A DNA stretch of 64,000 bases from positions 1 through 64,000 of IMG/VR virus record IMGVR_UViG_3300014502_000005. One strand, written 5' to 3'. The position numbers and the translations under genes are program-made. This DNA is from a virus. Positions 18,871-28,751 of the stretch are shown here, piece by piece; within the stretch, counting starts at the first letter, position 1, and each line of letters opens with the position of its first letter. The notes under the pieces were generated by a model. That model ran no database searches, was not told the origin of the DNA, and saw only the letters and a program-made list of their open reading frames with translations.

Positions 18871-19643
18871 GTGAATGTCTTATAGCTATGGCTGTATATG
18901 ATACAGATGAGAATAAGCGCACGGAATATACTGAACGTACGATTTCTAGTTTATTATCAACTACAGATCATGAAAATACTCGAATATTTATTATTGATAA
19001 TTGTTCTTGTCTTAAAACAAAAAAGATACTAAAGGAATGTTCTAAAATAGATAATATAACAATCATCTATAATAAAGACAATTTAGGAACCGCCGAAGCT
19101 ATTAATTTAGCTTTAAAGAAAAGACAATCAGACGAGTATTGTGTTAAAATTGATAATGACGTAGTTATTCATGAGAATAATTGGGTTGAAAAAATGATCC
19201 GATGCTTTGAAAACGATTCTGAATTGGGAATATTAGGGTTAAAAAGAAAAGATTTGCCTAATTCTCCCGACTCTGAAGAATATAAAACCGGATTAATGTT
19301 TTTGCCCCATAAATTAGGCGAACCTTGGAATATTATAGAATTATGCCAAGATATTATAGGAACGTGTACAATGTTTAATCCAAAATTTCTTGATAGAATA
19401 GGCTACTTGTATCAGCCTGGTATTTACGGGTTTGACGATGTGTTAGCTTGCGAAAGGTCTATATTGTCTGGCTTTTATAATGCCTTCTTTCCAAGCGTAG
19501 AAATAGATCACATAGACGATGGTAAAAATCCATTTACAGACTGGAAAAGAAAATATGCTGGGATATATCTTCCTAAGATTAATGAAATAAAAGAAGGTTA
19601 CAGAACAGGAGAAATACCTATTTATTATAATCCATTTGCATGA
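18867..19643 (+). CDS. GT2 family glycosyltransferase
   Basis: IIDNCS, NLGTAEAIN, KIDNDV, YGFDD. Confidence 0.85.
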   Translation: MSECLIAMAVYDTDENKRTEYTERTISSLLSTTDHENTRIFIIDNCSCLKTKKILKECSKIDNITIIYNKDNLGTAEAINLALKKRQSDEYCVKIDNDVVIHENNWVEKMIRCFENDSELGILGLKRKDLPNSPDSEEYKTGLMFLPHKLGEPWNIIELCQDIIGTCTMFNPKFLDRIGYLYQPGIYGFDDVLACERSILSGFYNAFFPSVEIDHIDDGKNPFTDWKRKYAGIYLPKINEIKEGYRTGEIPIYYNPFA

Positions 19644-20296
19644 GAAAAGAAGATGTCGAAATTAAGTACTTAATGTACGACCCGTTTGATCCTAGATCAG
19701 TAGCTAAATTAGAATCATACGAAGAGTTTAATGTAGATTTTGGAGTAGCCAAAAGTAAGGTTGTTTGTTATATAATACTTTGTTACGACCTTAATACCCA
19801 ATTAAGGAAGGAGGTTCCTTATTTTAATAAGCGTAAATTAGTAGCCGCTGAACTTGCCGGATTCGATCAAGCTAAAGACGGGAAGTTCAAAAAAAATTAT
19901 GAAGATATATTACTTGGGTTAAACGAAAAGGCTAATACAGCTATATCTAAATACATCCGATTGTTTGCTTCTCCTAAATATTTATCTCTTGTATATTATT
20001 GGTCTATTCTTTCAGCAGAGTTTGAAAATATAACAAGTATCAAGGAATCAAAGGATTATAAAAATACTATTGGTAATATTGAAAAATTAGAAGCTAAAAT
20101 AAATGAATGTGTCGAGTTCCTATACGGAGGAGAAGAGGTTAAGGATATTCGTCGAGCATTATATGAAAGTGTTGAAAAAGAAAATTTAAAACTACGGCCA
20201 GAACATATTGCTATGGCCGAAAATGTAGATGAACTTTTAGAAAATCCTTATGGTGATTATAAGCCAGAACCATTAAAATATAAAGGAAGTAAATAA
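19640..20296 (+). CDS. Putative terminase small subunit
   Basis: Helical 218 aa ORF just upstream of TerL; positional inference. Confidence 0.45.
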   Translation: MRKEDVEIKYLMYDPFDPRSVAKLESYEEFNVDFGVAKSKVVCYIILCYDLNTQLRKEVPYFNKRKLVAAELAGFDQAKDGKFKKNYEDILLGLNEKANTAISKYIRLFASPKYLSLVYYWSILSAEFENITSIKESKDYKNTIGNIEKLEAKINECVEFLYGGEEVKDIRRALYESVEKENLKLRPEHIAMAENVDELLENPYGDYKPEPLKYKGSK

Positions 20297-20297
20297 C

Positions 20298-20483
20298 ATG
20301 AAAGCGAAAGTTATTGAAAAGGATAAATTTGAATATACACATAACGGATACGATCTGGCCGAAAACTATCTGAGATGTATCGGAGAATGGAATAGAATAT
20401 CTAAAAATGGAACTTGCGAAAGTAAAAGGTTTATAGTTAGTCAGGCAAATTTAATTTATAGTAAACTAAACAGGATAAAATGA
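20298..20483 (+). CDS. Hypothetical protein
   Basis: 61 aa ORF coupled to the TerL start. Confidence 0.55.
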   Translation: MKAKVIEKDKFEYTHNGYDLAENYLRCIGEWNRISKNGTCESKRFIVSQANLIYSKLNRIK

Positions 20484-22777
20484 ATTATTTAGAGGTCGAC
20501 GATAGTTTTATATTCAATATTGGTCATCCATATAGGTATGAGCCAGACCCTTCTTTAGTTCCCATAAGGATAAGTTTACCGAAACCTCCTTCTTTAGAAT
20601 TAATAGCTGGATATGGCCTTGATCCATTAGAACAAAAATGGGCACGACCGGAAATCCCTTTTAAACTAACTCAATTAGAAAAAGAAGTTAAAAGAGATTT
20701 AGAATTAAGATTAAGCTCGAATAAGAATGAACGTGTCACAGGATATAAAGTATTAGATGAAATTTGGAAAAGAATAGAAGACAATACAGAATATTACGCT
20801 GAAGAAATTAAGTTCATTAAACAAATGTGGTGGTATCGTATTTATGGTTATTGGTTCTTTTGTAAAGGCAAACCAACATATATATGTGGGTGGCATTTTT
20901 TCTTTTTAACATTCTGGAAAATAGATGGTTCATTTTATCCAGAATACAGAGACGTTGATAGAAGAGAGCTTTTAGCGTGGACTTATTTTAAAGAAACTAA
21001 AGAAACTTTTAAGAATTTAGATGAAAAGGGAAATGCTATTATAAATAATAACGGAGAATACGAAATAGAAGAACTTAATTATAATACATTTTTTGGGATA
21101 GCCGAAGCCAAGGGAAGACGTAGAGGAGTATCTAATAAAGCGCAATCATCTCAATTTGAAGTTATAGCTAAGAAAAAGTCAGCTCTTGGGGTTATATTTT
21201 CTATGACTGAAGATAGTGCTAACAAACTATTCACTAATATAACAGTTCGCGCATTTAGGCAAATACCCTTTTTCTTCCTTCCTACATGGGATGGATATTT
21301 TGAACAATCTAAAGAAGTTTTTTTTAATAAGCCAAAAAACATAATACTTGGTGATGATCTACAGAGTAGAATTACTCACGCTGAATCTGCTTATGGCGGT
21401 GAATTTGACGGCATGAAAATAGACATGGCTGTATATGATGAGGAGGGGAAAACCAGATCCGTAGACATAACAAAAAGATGGAATACACATAAGCGGGCTT
21501 CGGCATTAGGGCCACGTATTTTAGGATTTAGCTTTCATGTATCAACAACAGAAGATTTGGATGTCGATGGAGGCAAGCATTTTCAAAAAATGATTTATTC
21601 TTCTAGTTTTTATAACCGAAATGAAATAAATGGCCAAACACCTACAGGATTAGCTACTGTATTTTTCCCTTCTTATGATGGATATGAAGAATGTATAGAT
21701 TATTGGGGATATAGTGTAATAGACTATCCTACAGAAGAACAAATAAAATATGGGTATAAATTAAAATATGGAGCTAAAAAGATACTACAAAGTGAACGGG
21801 ACGCTTTATTAAATAGTAAAGATTTAAGAGACAAAGTTGAGTACCGAAGGCTAGTAGTTAAATTCCCTTTTACCTTAGACGAATGTTTTCTACTTACAGT
21901 CGGAGGCACAAGTGTCGACCTTGATATCATAAATAAAAGAAATGCTGAACTTAGGCGTATAAAAGAGCCTTTTGTAAGAGGAAATTTTGAATGGGCCTCA
22001 GAAAAATATGGCAAGGTATATTTTTTGCCTTCAGACGAAGGAAGATGGGAGATAAGTAAATTATTAAATCCAGGAGAAACTAATCTCAAAGTCCTAACTC
22101 AATTTTATGATGAATTTAACGGGACTATAAAAGATGTGTGGATGCCTAAGTATCCAAACAAATTTACAATGGGGGTTGACCCATTTGATTTTAAGGGAGA
22201 TAAAGAAATGGCCCTAGATACTGGATCAAGAATGTCAGATGGCGGAATTGCTGTTTATTGGGAAAGGGATTTATCCATAGACCCAGAAGATAAAAATATT
22301 TATGAATGGGAGTCTTCAAGATTTGTAGCTGTTTATAGAAGTAGGCCGCTTTCTCATATATTTGATGAAGACGTACTAAAGGCCGCTATTTATTATGGTG
22401 CCATGATATTCCCGGAAACAAACAAAGGTAATATTTGGAAATATTTTACAGTAACTACAAATTTTGATGGTTACTTATTATATGAATATGATGAAGCTAC
22501 CTGTAAATATAAAACAAGGCCTGGAGTTTATCAACTAGAAAAGTCCAAGCAAGATATTTGGGATTGCTTTAGGAACCATATTTCATTTAGAGGACATAAA
22601 GAATGCCATAGTTTATTATTAAATGAAATAGCTGCATTAAAATTATTTGAAGACTTAAATAGGAATGACTGTGCCGCTGCTGCTGGGTGCGCTTTGCTTG
22701 GATCTAAAAGTAGGGCAAGACAATCGTTAGAATCAATAGATGATATTGGAAGCTATGACTGGTGGAAGGCTATGTGA
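20480..22777 (+). CDS. terL: Terminase large subunit
   Basis: Walker A variant KGRRRGVS, Walker B AVYDEEGK, nuclease MGVDPFD; GYWF...GKPTYI.G.H.F motif of crAss-like TerL. Confidence 0.9.
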   Translation: MNYLEVDDSFIFNIGHPYRYEPDPSLVPIRISLPKPPSLELIAGYGLDPLEQKWARPEIPFKLTQLEKEVKRDLELRLSSNKNERVTGYKVLDEIWKRIEDNTEYYAEEIKFIKQMWWYRIYGYWFFCKGKPTYICGWHFFFLTFWKIDGSFYPEYRDVDRRELLAWTYFKETKETFKNLDEKGNAIINNNGEYEIEELNYNTFFGIAEAKGRRRGVSNKAQSSQFEVIAKKKSALGVIFSMTEDSANKLFTNITVRAFRQIPFFFLPTWDGYFEQSKEVFFNKPKNIILGDDLQSRITHAESAYGGEFDGMKIDMAVYDEEGKTRSVDITKRWNTHKRASALGPRILGFSFHVSTTEDLDVDGGKHFQKMIYSSSFYNRNEINGQTPTGLATVFFPSYDGYEECIDYWGYSVIDYPTEEQIKYGYKLKYGAKKILQSERDALLNSKDLRDKVEYRRLVVKFPFTLDECFLLTVGGTSVDLDIINKRNAELRRIKEPFVRGNFEWASEKYGKVYFLPSDEGRWEISKLLNPGETNLKVLTQFYDEFNGTIKDVWMPKYPNKFTMGVDPFDFKGDKEMALDTGSRMSDGGIAVYWERDLSIDPEDKNIYEWESSRFVAVYRSRPLSHIFDEDVLKAAIYYGAMIFPETNKGNIWKYFTVTTNFDGYLLYEYDEATCKYKTRPGVYQLEKSKQDIWDCFRNHISFRGHKECHSLLLNEIAALKLFEDLNRNDCAAAAGCALLGSKSRARQSLESIDDIGSYDWWKAM

Positions 22778-23134
22778 TTAAATTAATTTAATAGATTCTT
22801 GTAATCCAATCTCTAAAGATTCTTCATAAATTTTAAATCCTGCTCTACAAACTATTTTCTTTTTATTTCTAAGTTGAACAGTAGAAACATAAGATACTTC
22901 ATTTGAGTTAATTCCTATTTGTCTTAAAGTTTCAATATGAATATCATGAACTTCTCTTAACCATTTTTGAAGTAATGATTGTGATGGGGCATACCAATAA
23001 ACTTCTTGAGTTGTGCCAAAGTTTTGTATGAAATCAATATCTCTATCTCCAATATATAAATGATCGCTTTTTATATTAAATCCTTTTTCTTTAGCTAATT
23101 TAGCGGTTTCAAATGATATCAATTTATTTTCCAT
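22778..23134 (-). CDS. Hypothetical phage protein (ISFETAKLAKEKGF...APSQSLLQKWLRE family)
   Basis: Motif recurrent in Bacteroidota phages. Confidence 0.75.
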   Translation of the reverse strand: MENKLISFETAKLAKEKGFNIKSDHLYIGDRDIDFIQNFGTTQEVYWYAPSQSLLQKWLREVHDIHIETLRQIGINSNEVSYVSTVQLRNKKKIVCRAGFKIYEESLEIGLQESIKLI

Positions 23135-23136
23135 AA

Positions 23137-23346
23137 TTATAATTTTTTAAGCTCTTTATTTATTTCAGTCATCATTTTTAAAATAGCACTAGGCTTAGTG
23201 GATTCGCTATGCCATATTTCATTTAGCATTTCAAATTTATCTTGAAGGTGCAGTCTATAAATTTCTTTAGAACACTCATCTTTTCCGTTTAAAGTATATC
23301 CCCAATATATTTCTTCTATTTTTTGTAGTGTCATATTATTTATCAT
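23137..23346 (-). CDS. Hypothetical protein
   Basis: 69 aa ORF. Confidence 0.6.
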   Translation of the reverse strand: MINNMTLQKIEEIYWGYTLNGKDECSKEIYRLHLQDKFEMLNEIWHSESTKPSAILKMMTEINKELKKL

Positions 23347-23349
23347 TTA

Positions 23350-23765
23350 ATTTAGTAAACTTCCTTACGGTGGGATTCTTGAGCTAAGTGAATAGTGATT
23401 TTATCCTTAATAAACATTGTTTATCAAGTTAAAACCCACTATTCGAGTAAATTAACTTCCTTGACGGAGCCTCATCTCTCGCTTTCGTGTCTAAAGTGAA
23501 ACACTAAAGTCCTTTAGCTTGGAACCTCCTTCAATTGTTTAGTCAATTGTCGTCTCGTGGTATTCCTTAGTTCTCACGATGTAGCTTTGACGAATCCCCC
23601 TAGTAGTTACATTATTTTTTGGAATGCTAGTTGCGAAGCGACCCATACCAAAAAAGAAAAACCCGAAAGGTTACGTCTTTCGGGCCATCTTTTTTGGCAA
23701 GTAGAAACGCTTGGCGAATACTACCTGTCTATCTTAGACTGATCAACGTAACTGATCTAATATTT
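23350..23765 (-). ncRNA. Candidate structured RNA / long 5' leader
   Basis: GC-richer stretch without a convincing ORF, downstream of a TATCTTTACATC promoter; several hairpins and an internal terminator. Confidence 0.4.
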
Positions 23766-23803
23766 TCTGATGTAAAGATAATACATATTTTTAACATAAA
23801 AAC

Positions 23804-23843
23804 ATGTTTAAAAACATAAAAAATAAATTAGTAATTTTACATC
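23804..23843 (+). promoter_or_regulatory. Putative late promoter ATGTTTAAAAACATA...TAATTTTACATC (portal)
   Basis: Same bipartite motif precedes the scaffold/MCP operon. Confidence 0.65.
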
Positions 23844-23861
23844 AAATTAAATAATTCCCGA

Positions 23862-26228
23862 ATGAATTTTGCGGAAAAGTATCAAAGAGAAGCTATTCAA
23901 TTCCCAAGTAGAAATATTGACCCAAAATTAAAGTTACTAAAAGACTTTGGCATAAAAATGTGCCAGGCAATATATTCTAGCTATGTAGGTGATAAAGCTT
24001 CATTCCCCTATTCTTTATTATCATATTATAATGAAGTTCGTCAATATTCAGATGGTAGGCAAGATCCTTCTAAATACGAAGAAAGATTAAATCCAACAGA
24101 GAGCGCAAACGGGAATATTGTAACCTCTAGTTTTGATGGAGACTGGACAAGTAAGCAAAGTAAAAGAAAAGGATTAGGCAATCTAAATAGAGAAATATTA
24201 AGTCTTGGTCCCAGAATAATGCAAGCCATACTTGGAGCTTTCAAAGACGTTGATTATAATTTAATTGCTGATACCATTGATCCTGATTCTGGATATGAGC
24301 AGGAAATGAGTAAAAGTGCTTTATATGCAGAATCTCAGCATTTGGATTTTTTAAATATGATGAAGCAGGGAGCTGGAATTCCTGTTAACACAGACACTAA
24401 ATACCCTAAAGACTTAGATGAACTACAGTTAATGGAAGATTTAGGCGAGTTTAAAACCGGAATATCTAAAGCTCTCGAAAAATTATTAAAACATACTTAT
24501 GAGATTTCTGACTGGGAAAATACTAAAGATAAACTTATAAAAGATATTGTAAATTTTAACGCAATATGCCTTCATGATTATTATGATGAAGAAGAATGTA
24601 AGTGGAAAACAGAGTATGTTGACATAACTCGTGTTATTGCCCAATATTCAGATAAAAGAGATTATTCAGATTCTTGTTATTATGCTGTAGTTAGAGAAAA
24701 AACAGTTTCAGAGATAAGACATAAATTAGAAGGATTAGACTATTCGGAAGAACAATTAAGCCAATTAGCACAAAATTGGAGTGGCCAATTAGGCAATCCG
24801 GTACAAAGCGAATGGAATAGTTTTGCCCAAAAAGATAATTACGGAAATTGGTTATATGACTTTTTTAAATGTCTTGTTTTAGAAGCAGAATGGATTGATA
24901 GCGATATTGATTATAAAACAGTAAATGTAAGTAGAAGAGGTATAAGGACTATTTATGATCAGGATTTCGGGAAAATAAGGAATACGGATCATAACAAAAC
25001 TAGGACTACTACTATTAAAAGGAAATATGAAGCTAAATGGATTTTAGGCTCTGACCTTATTTATGATCATCAAATAAGTCCAAGCCAACCAAGAGATAAA
25101 AGCAATAAAAGGCCATTAATGTCTTTTCATATATATAATGGTACAGAATTAGCTATTACCCAGAGGTTAATTCCTATATTCGATCACTTTCAGATAACAT
25201 GGCTTAAACTTCAAGAGGCATTAGTAGAATCTTTTGGAGAGATATTATTACTAGACCAGACAGTTTTAGACAGGATAAAAATGGGCGGGGAGACTTGGGA
25301 CACCCTTAAGTTGCTAAAACATGCCAAACGGACACATGTTCTTCCTTTTAGGTCTCTGCCTATGAATGGAAAATATGGCGGAGGGGCAGTTAAGCCTATA
25401 GATATAATCCCTTCAACTATCATGAATAGGATAGACGAATCTATTAAATTATTCGAAAATTGTATTCGAATGATCGAGATGATTACCGGAATAAATCCTG
25501 TCTCTTTGGGGTCTCAACCGAATAATGAGGCCGGCAAGGCAACTACCGAAATGGCTTTACAGAACACAACTAAGATATTAAGGCCTATTATAGATGCCAT
25601 TTTCCAAGTCAAAGAAGATTCTGCCGAATTTTTATCTGAGGCCTTGCGCTTAGGGTTGCGTAACGATAAAGATTGTCGCGAAGCCTACATGAAAGTAGTG
25701 GGACGAAATGATGTAGAAGCATTAGTTAAAAGTGAATATGAAGCTAGAGAATTAGGTATAAAATTAATTCCAAGGCCGAATACTGAAGAACTCCAGAGTT
25801 TATACAGGGATATAGAAACAGCTTCTATGCCAGGGAAGGACGGAAGGCCATTAATAAGGTTTGACGTTAAACTATATATTAAAGAAAAATTAATGCATGG
25901 GGCTAATCTTAGTGATATTAGGCTTTATTTATCTAATGCTATAGACAAAGAAATAGATAGACAAGAAAAATCGGCTAAAGAAAATAGTCAAAATCAAGGA
26001 CAAGTATTACAACAACAAGAACAAATAAAAGCCCAAGGAGAAGCTCAAAAAATACAATTAGAAACTCAGGCTAAGATAGCAATATCAAACAACGAACATC
26101 AAAATGATATGGAACTAGAAAGTCATAAACAGTTTCATGAAAAATATATTAAAGGTCAAGAAAACGAGATGAAACAACAAGAATTAAACCAAAAACAAGA
26201 TGCCGGACAACAACCCACAACAGCTTAA
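23862..26228 (+). CDS. Portal protein
   Basis: 788 aa after TerL; R.Y..G.Q...KY, ITGIN...G motifs; Q-rich C-terminal coiled coil. Confidence 0.85.
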   Translation: MNFAEKYQREAIQFPSRNIDPKLKLLKDFGIKMCQAIYSSYVGDKASFPYSLLSYYNEVRQYSDGRQDPSKYEERLNPTESANGNIVTSSFDGDWTSKQSKRKGLGNLNREILSLGPRIMQAILGAFKDVDYNLIADTIDPDSGYEQEMSKSALYAESQHLDFLNMMKQGAGIPVNTDTKYPKDLDELQLMEDLGEFKTGISKALEKLLKHTYEISDWENTKDKLIKDIVNFNAICLHDYYDEEECKWKTEYVDITRVIAQYSDKRDYSDSCYYAVVREKTVSEIRHKLEGLDYSEEQLSQLAQNWSGQLGNPVQSEWNSFAQKDNYGNWLYDFFKCLVLEAEWIDSDIDYKTVNVSRRGIRTIYDQDFGKIRNTDHNKTRTTTIKRKYEAKWILGSDLIYDHQISPSQPRDKSNKRPLMSFHIYNGTELAITQRLIPIFDHFQITWLKLQEALVESFGEILLLDQTVLDRIKMGGETWDTLKLLKHAKRTHVLPFRSLPMNGKYGGGAVKPIDIIPSTIMNRIDESIKLFENCIRMIEMITGINPVSLGSQPNNEAGKATTEMALQNTTKILRPIIDAIFQVKEDSAEFLSEALRLGLRNDKDCREAYMKVVGRNDVEALVKSEYEARELGIKLIPRPNTEELQSLYRDIETASMPGKDGRPLIRFDVKLYIKEKLMHGANLSDIRLYLSNAIDKEIDRQEKSAKENSQNQGQVLQQQEQIKAQGEAQKIQLETQAKIAISNNEHQNDMELESHKQFHEKYIKGQENEMKQQELNQKQDAGQQPTTA

Positions 26229-27186
26229 AAAAGATCCTCAAGTAGATAGATTTGTAAAAACTAATCCTCAATATCAGGATTTTTTTGAAAATTATCCTGT
26301 GCCAGACAATCCAGCTGCTAAGGATGTTAATTTAGGTTCTGCTGAAGATTATTTAAATAGTCAAGATGTTTATTTGAAAGATAAGGCCAGGTTAAATGCT
26401 TATGCCCAAACTTTAAATCAAGAACTAGAAAAGAAAAACCCAAAACTATATGGAGAGCTAATGTCAAAATATAGTTGGGATGATAAACATCCTTCTTCTG
26501 GCAAAACAAGGACAACCGGAGCCGAAAGTTATGCAAAAAGTGACCCTAATTTTAATTTATCTCCAACAGAACAAAAAAAGATATTAGGAGAAAATTGGGA
26601 AGATTATTCAAATTTAAGGGGGGCATATGGTAAAAATTTAAATTTGGTCGGAGAAAAGGAAGACGCAAGTAAGCCAGAAACATGGACTGTTGGAGCCAGG
26701 CATTCTGTTGCCTTTAATCCAGCTTCTTCGTCTTATATAAATGAACCTACAGAATCGAATAAGCAAGTTAGGTCTACTAGTAAATATAAAAAAACACTAG
26801 AGTATAACACAGGATCGAAAGAATATACTGGGAATACCATGTATAGTAATATAAATAAAGACGACCCTTCTAAAAATATAAACGATCTTTATGTGAGAAG
26901 GTTATCCGAAGTAAAAGCTAATTACGATCCAAACACACAAGTTAAGACTGACCAAGGGGTAGTATTTAAAAAGCCAGGATGGCATTTTTATAAAACGTAT
27001 GACGACGGATCTAAAGACGAAGTAAGTGAAAACGAATACCAAACCTTAAAAAAATTTAACACACTAGATCCAAGTATTAAAAATAAATACATTGAAACTG
27101 TTGACCCTTCAAAATTAAAGGGCAAAAATAAAGAAATAGCAGCTAATAAAATGGAATTACTTAAAACCGTAGAAAATGATAATTGA
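26200..27186 (+). CDS. Hypothetical protein
   Basis: 328 aa hydrophilic ORF. Confidence 0.75.
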   Translation: MPDNNPQQLKKDPQVDRFVKTNPQYQDFFENYPVPDNPAAKDVNLGSAEDYLNSQDVYLKDKARLNAYAQTLNQELEKKNPKLYGELMSKYSWDDKHPSSGKTRTTGAESYAKSDPNFNLSPTEQKKILGENWEDYSNLRGAYGKNLNLVGEKEDASKPETWTVGARHSVAFNPASSSYINEPTESNKQVRSTSKYKKTLEYNTGSKEYTGNTMYSNINKDDPSKNINDLYVRRLSEVKANYDPNTQVKTDQGVVFKKPGWHFYKTYDDGSKDEVSENEYQTLKKFNTLDPSIKNKYIETVDPSKLKGKNKEIAANKMELLKTVENDN

Positions 27187-27454
27187 ATTGTCAAGAGTAG
27201 ATAATAGATACTACCTAAAATTGGACGGGAAGTTTGTAATTGACCCAAGGTTTATTTATACACACATCCAGGCTGGACAAGAAAAATTTAATCATATAAA
27301 AGAGATAGTATCAAAATTCGGAGAAGTGGATTACGAAATTGGGAACATAAATAGTCCGTATGAAGAAACTATACTTAATTCAGTAGAAATAAATAAAGGT
27401 GATAGATTGTTTATAAACAACAAAATATCAGGAAGATTGATAGTTAAAAAATAG
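27176..27454 (+). CDS. Hypothetical protein
   Basis: 92 aa ORF. Confidence 0.6.
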   Translation: MIIELSRVDNRYYLKLDGKFVIDPRFIYTHIQAGQEKFNHIKEIVSKFGEVDYEIGNINSPYEETILNSVEINKGDRLFINNKISGRLIVKK

Positions 27455-27470
27455 AATTAACCGAAAATAT

Positions 27471-27511
27471 ATGTTTAAAAACATATAATATTATTATATT
27501 AATTTTACATC
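27471..27511 (+). promoter_or_regulatory. Putative late promoter ATGTTTAAAAACATA...TAATTTTACATC (scaffold/MCP)
   Basis: Repeats both motifs found before the portal gene. Confidence 0.65.
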
Positions 27512-27531
27512 GAGAAAACTAAATAAATATT

Positions 27532-28731
27532 ATGGGACTAGAAGATGAATTGATAAAAGGAATGAAAACAGCTCATCCTGAATCTAAAAGTTTGGGATCA
27601 GATGCGGTCACTATTACTCCAGAAATTAAACAACCCGAATTAAATCCTGTCGATCAAGTAATAGAAACGCAGCCCAAAGAAACTACCCTACAAACAAAAA
27701 CAGAAAACACAGTTTTTGACGTATCTGATTTTAACGTAAAATATGGGAAACGGTTTAATAGGGAAATAAAAGAAGAGAAAGAATTAGAAGAAATATTTTC
27801 CGCTTCATCTAAAATTTCTGATTACAAAGCTAAATTAAAGGTGTCTCAAGACGAGTATGGATTGACTAAAAAGCAATTCGACGAATTGAGTACTAAGTAT
27901 GAATCAGAAAAAGAAGCATTAAAATTTATAGACATAAAAAAATATTTTGCCAACGATAAGTTGTATAAGACCAATGAAATGTTAAAGAAATATCCAGATA
28001 AGGATATTTCTACCATGACAGAGATTAGTAATATGGATTTAGAAAAGGCAGACAATGTTGATTTATTAGTAAAAAGGGCTAGATTAAATGATTCTGACAT
28101 TTATAAAGGGATGGATGATTCCCAGGTGAAAGAAGTTATAGCCGATAGTTTAGGCAGTATTGATCTTGACGAACCCGATTCTTGGGATAATGTGACGAAA
28201 GCTAAAATTGCAAAGGCGGCTAAAGAAGCTCGAATTGAGTTTAAGGCCTTGCAAGATATTGAGTTACCAGTTCCGGTCGATGTCGAAAAGGTGAGGCAAG
28301 AATTTGCTTCTAAAGAAAAAGAACGCTATGAACAAACTAAAAGTCAATGGTCGCCAATAGTTGACAAAATGGTCGCCAATTTTACCGAATTGGTCATTCC
28401 TGACGAAGAAGGCAAGGAGCTGTATAAGTACACTCCAGAACTCAATGATGGATTTAAGGCAGAAATATCTAAGTACGTGGATTTTTTGGCATACACTGGC
28501 CAACCACTGAACGAAAGCACAATAACAGAAGTGCTAGAAAGTATTAAAGGAAGATATATTGTGAAAGAACTTCCTAAAATAATGAAAGCCCACGCCTTAA
28601 AAGTATCTACCGAAGTTGAAGATAAATGGCACAATAAAGTCAATAACGACAAACCATTATCAGATAAATCAAGGCCTGTATCAGACGGAAATGACATTTG
28701 GAGTAAGATGGCGGATTTGGTAAAGTATTAA
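27532..28731 (+). CDS. Putative capsid scaffolding protein
   Basis: Acidic coiled-coil 399 aa directly upstream of MCP. Confidence 0.6.
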   Translation: MGLEDELIKGMKTAHPESKSLGSDAVTITPEIKQPELNPVDQVIETQPKETTLQTKTENTVFDVSDFNVKYGKRFNREIKEEKELEEIFSASSKISDYKAKLKVSQDEYGLTKKQFDELSTKYESEKEALKFIDIKKYFANDKLYKTNEMLKKYPDKDISTMTEISNMDLEKADNVDLLVKRARLNDSDIYKGMDDSQVKEVIADSLGSIDLDEPDSWDNVTKAKIAKAAKEARIEFKALQDIELPVPVDVEKVRQEFASKEKERYEQTKSQWSPIVDKMVANFTELVIPDEEGKELYKYTPELNDGFKAEISKYVDFLAYTGQPLNESTITEVLESIKGRYIVKELPKIMKAHALKVSTEVEDKWHNKVNNDKPLSDKSRPVSDGNDIWSKMADLVKY

Positions 28732-28751
28732 CAATTTAAAAATTAGAAATT

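Noticed and set aside
23557-23819. Two short plus-strand ORFs before the portal
   Set aside because: GTG/TTG starts, overlap RNA-like structures and the portal promoter, atypical composition
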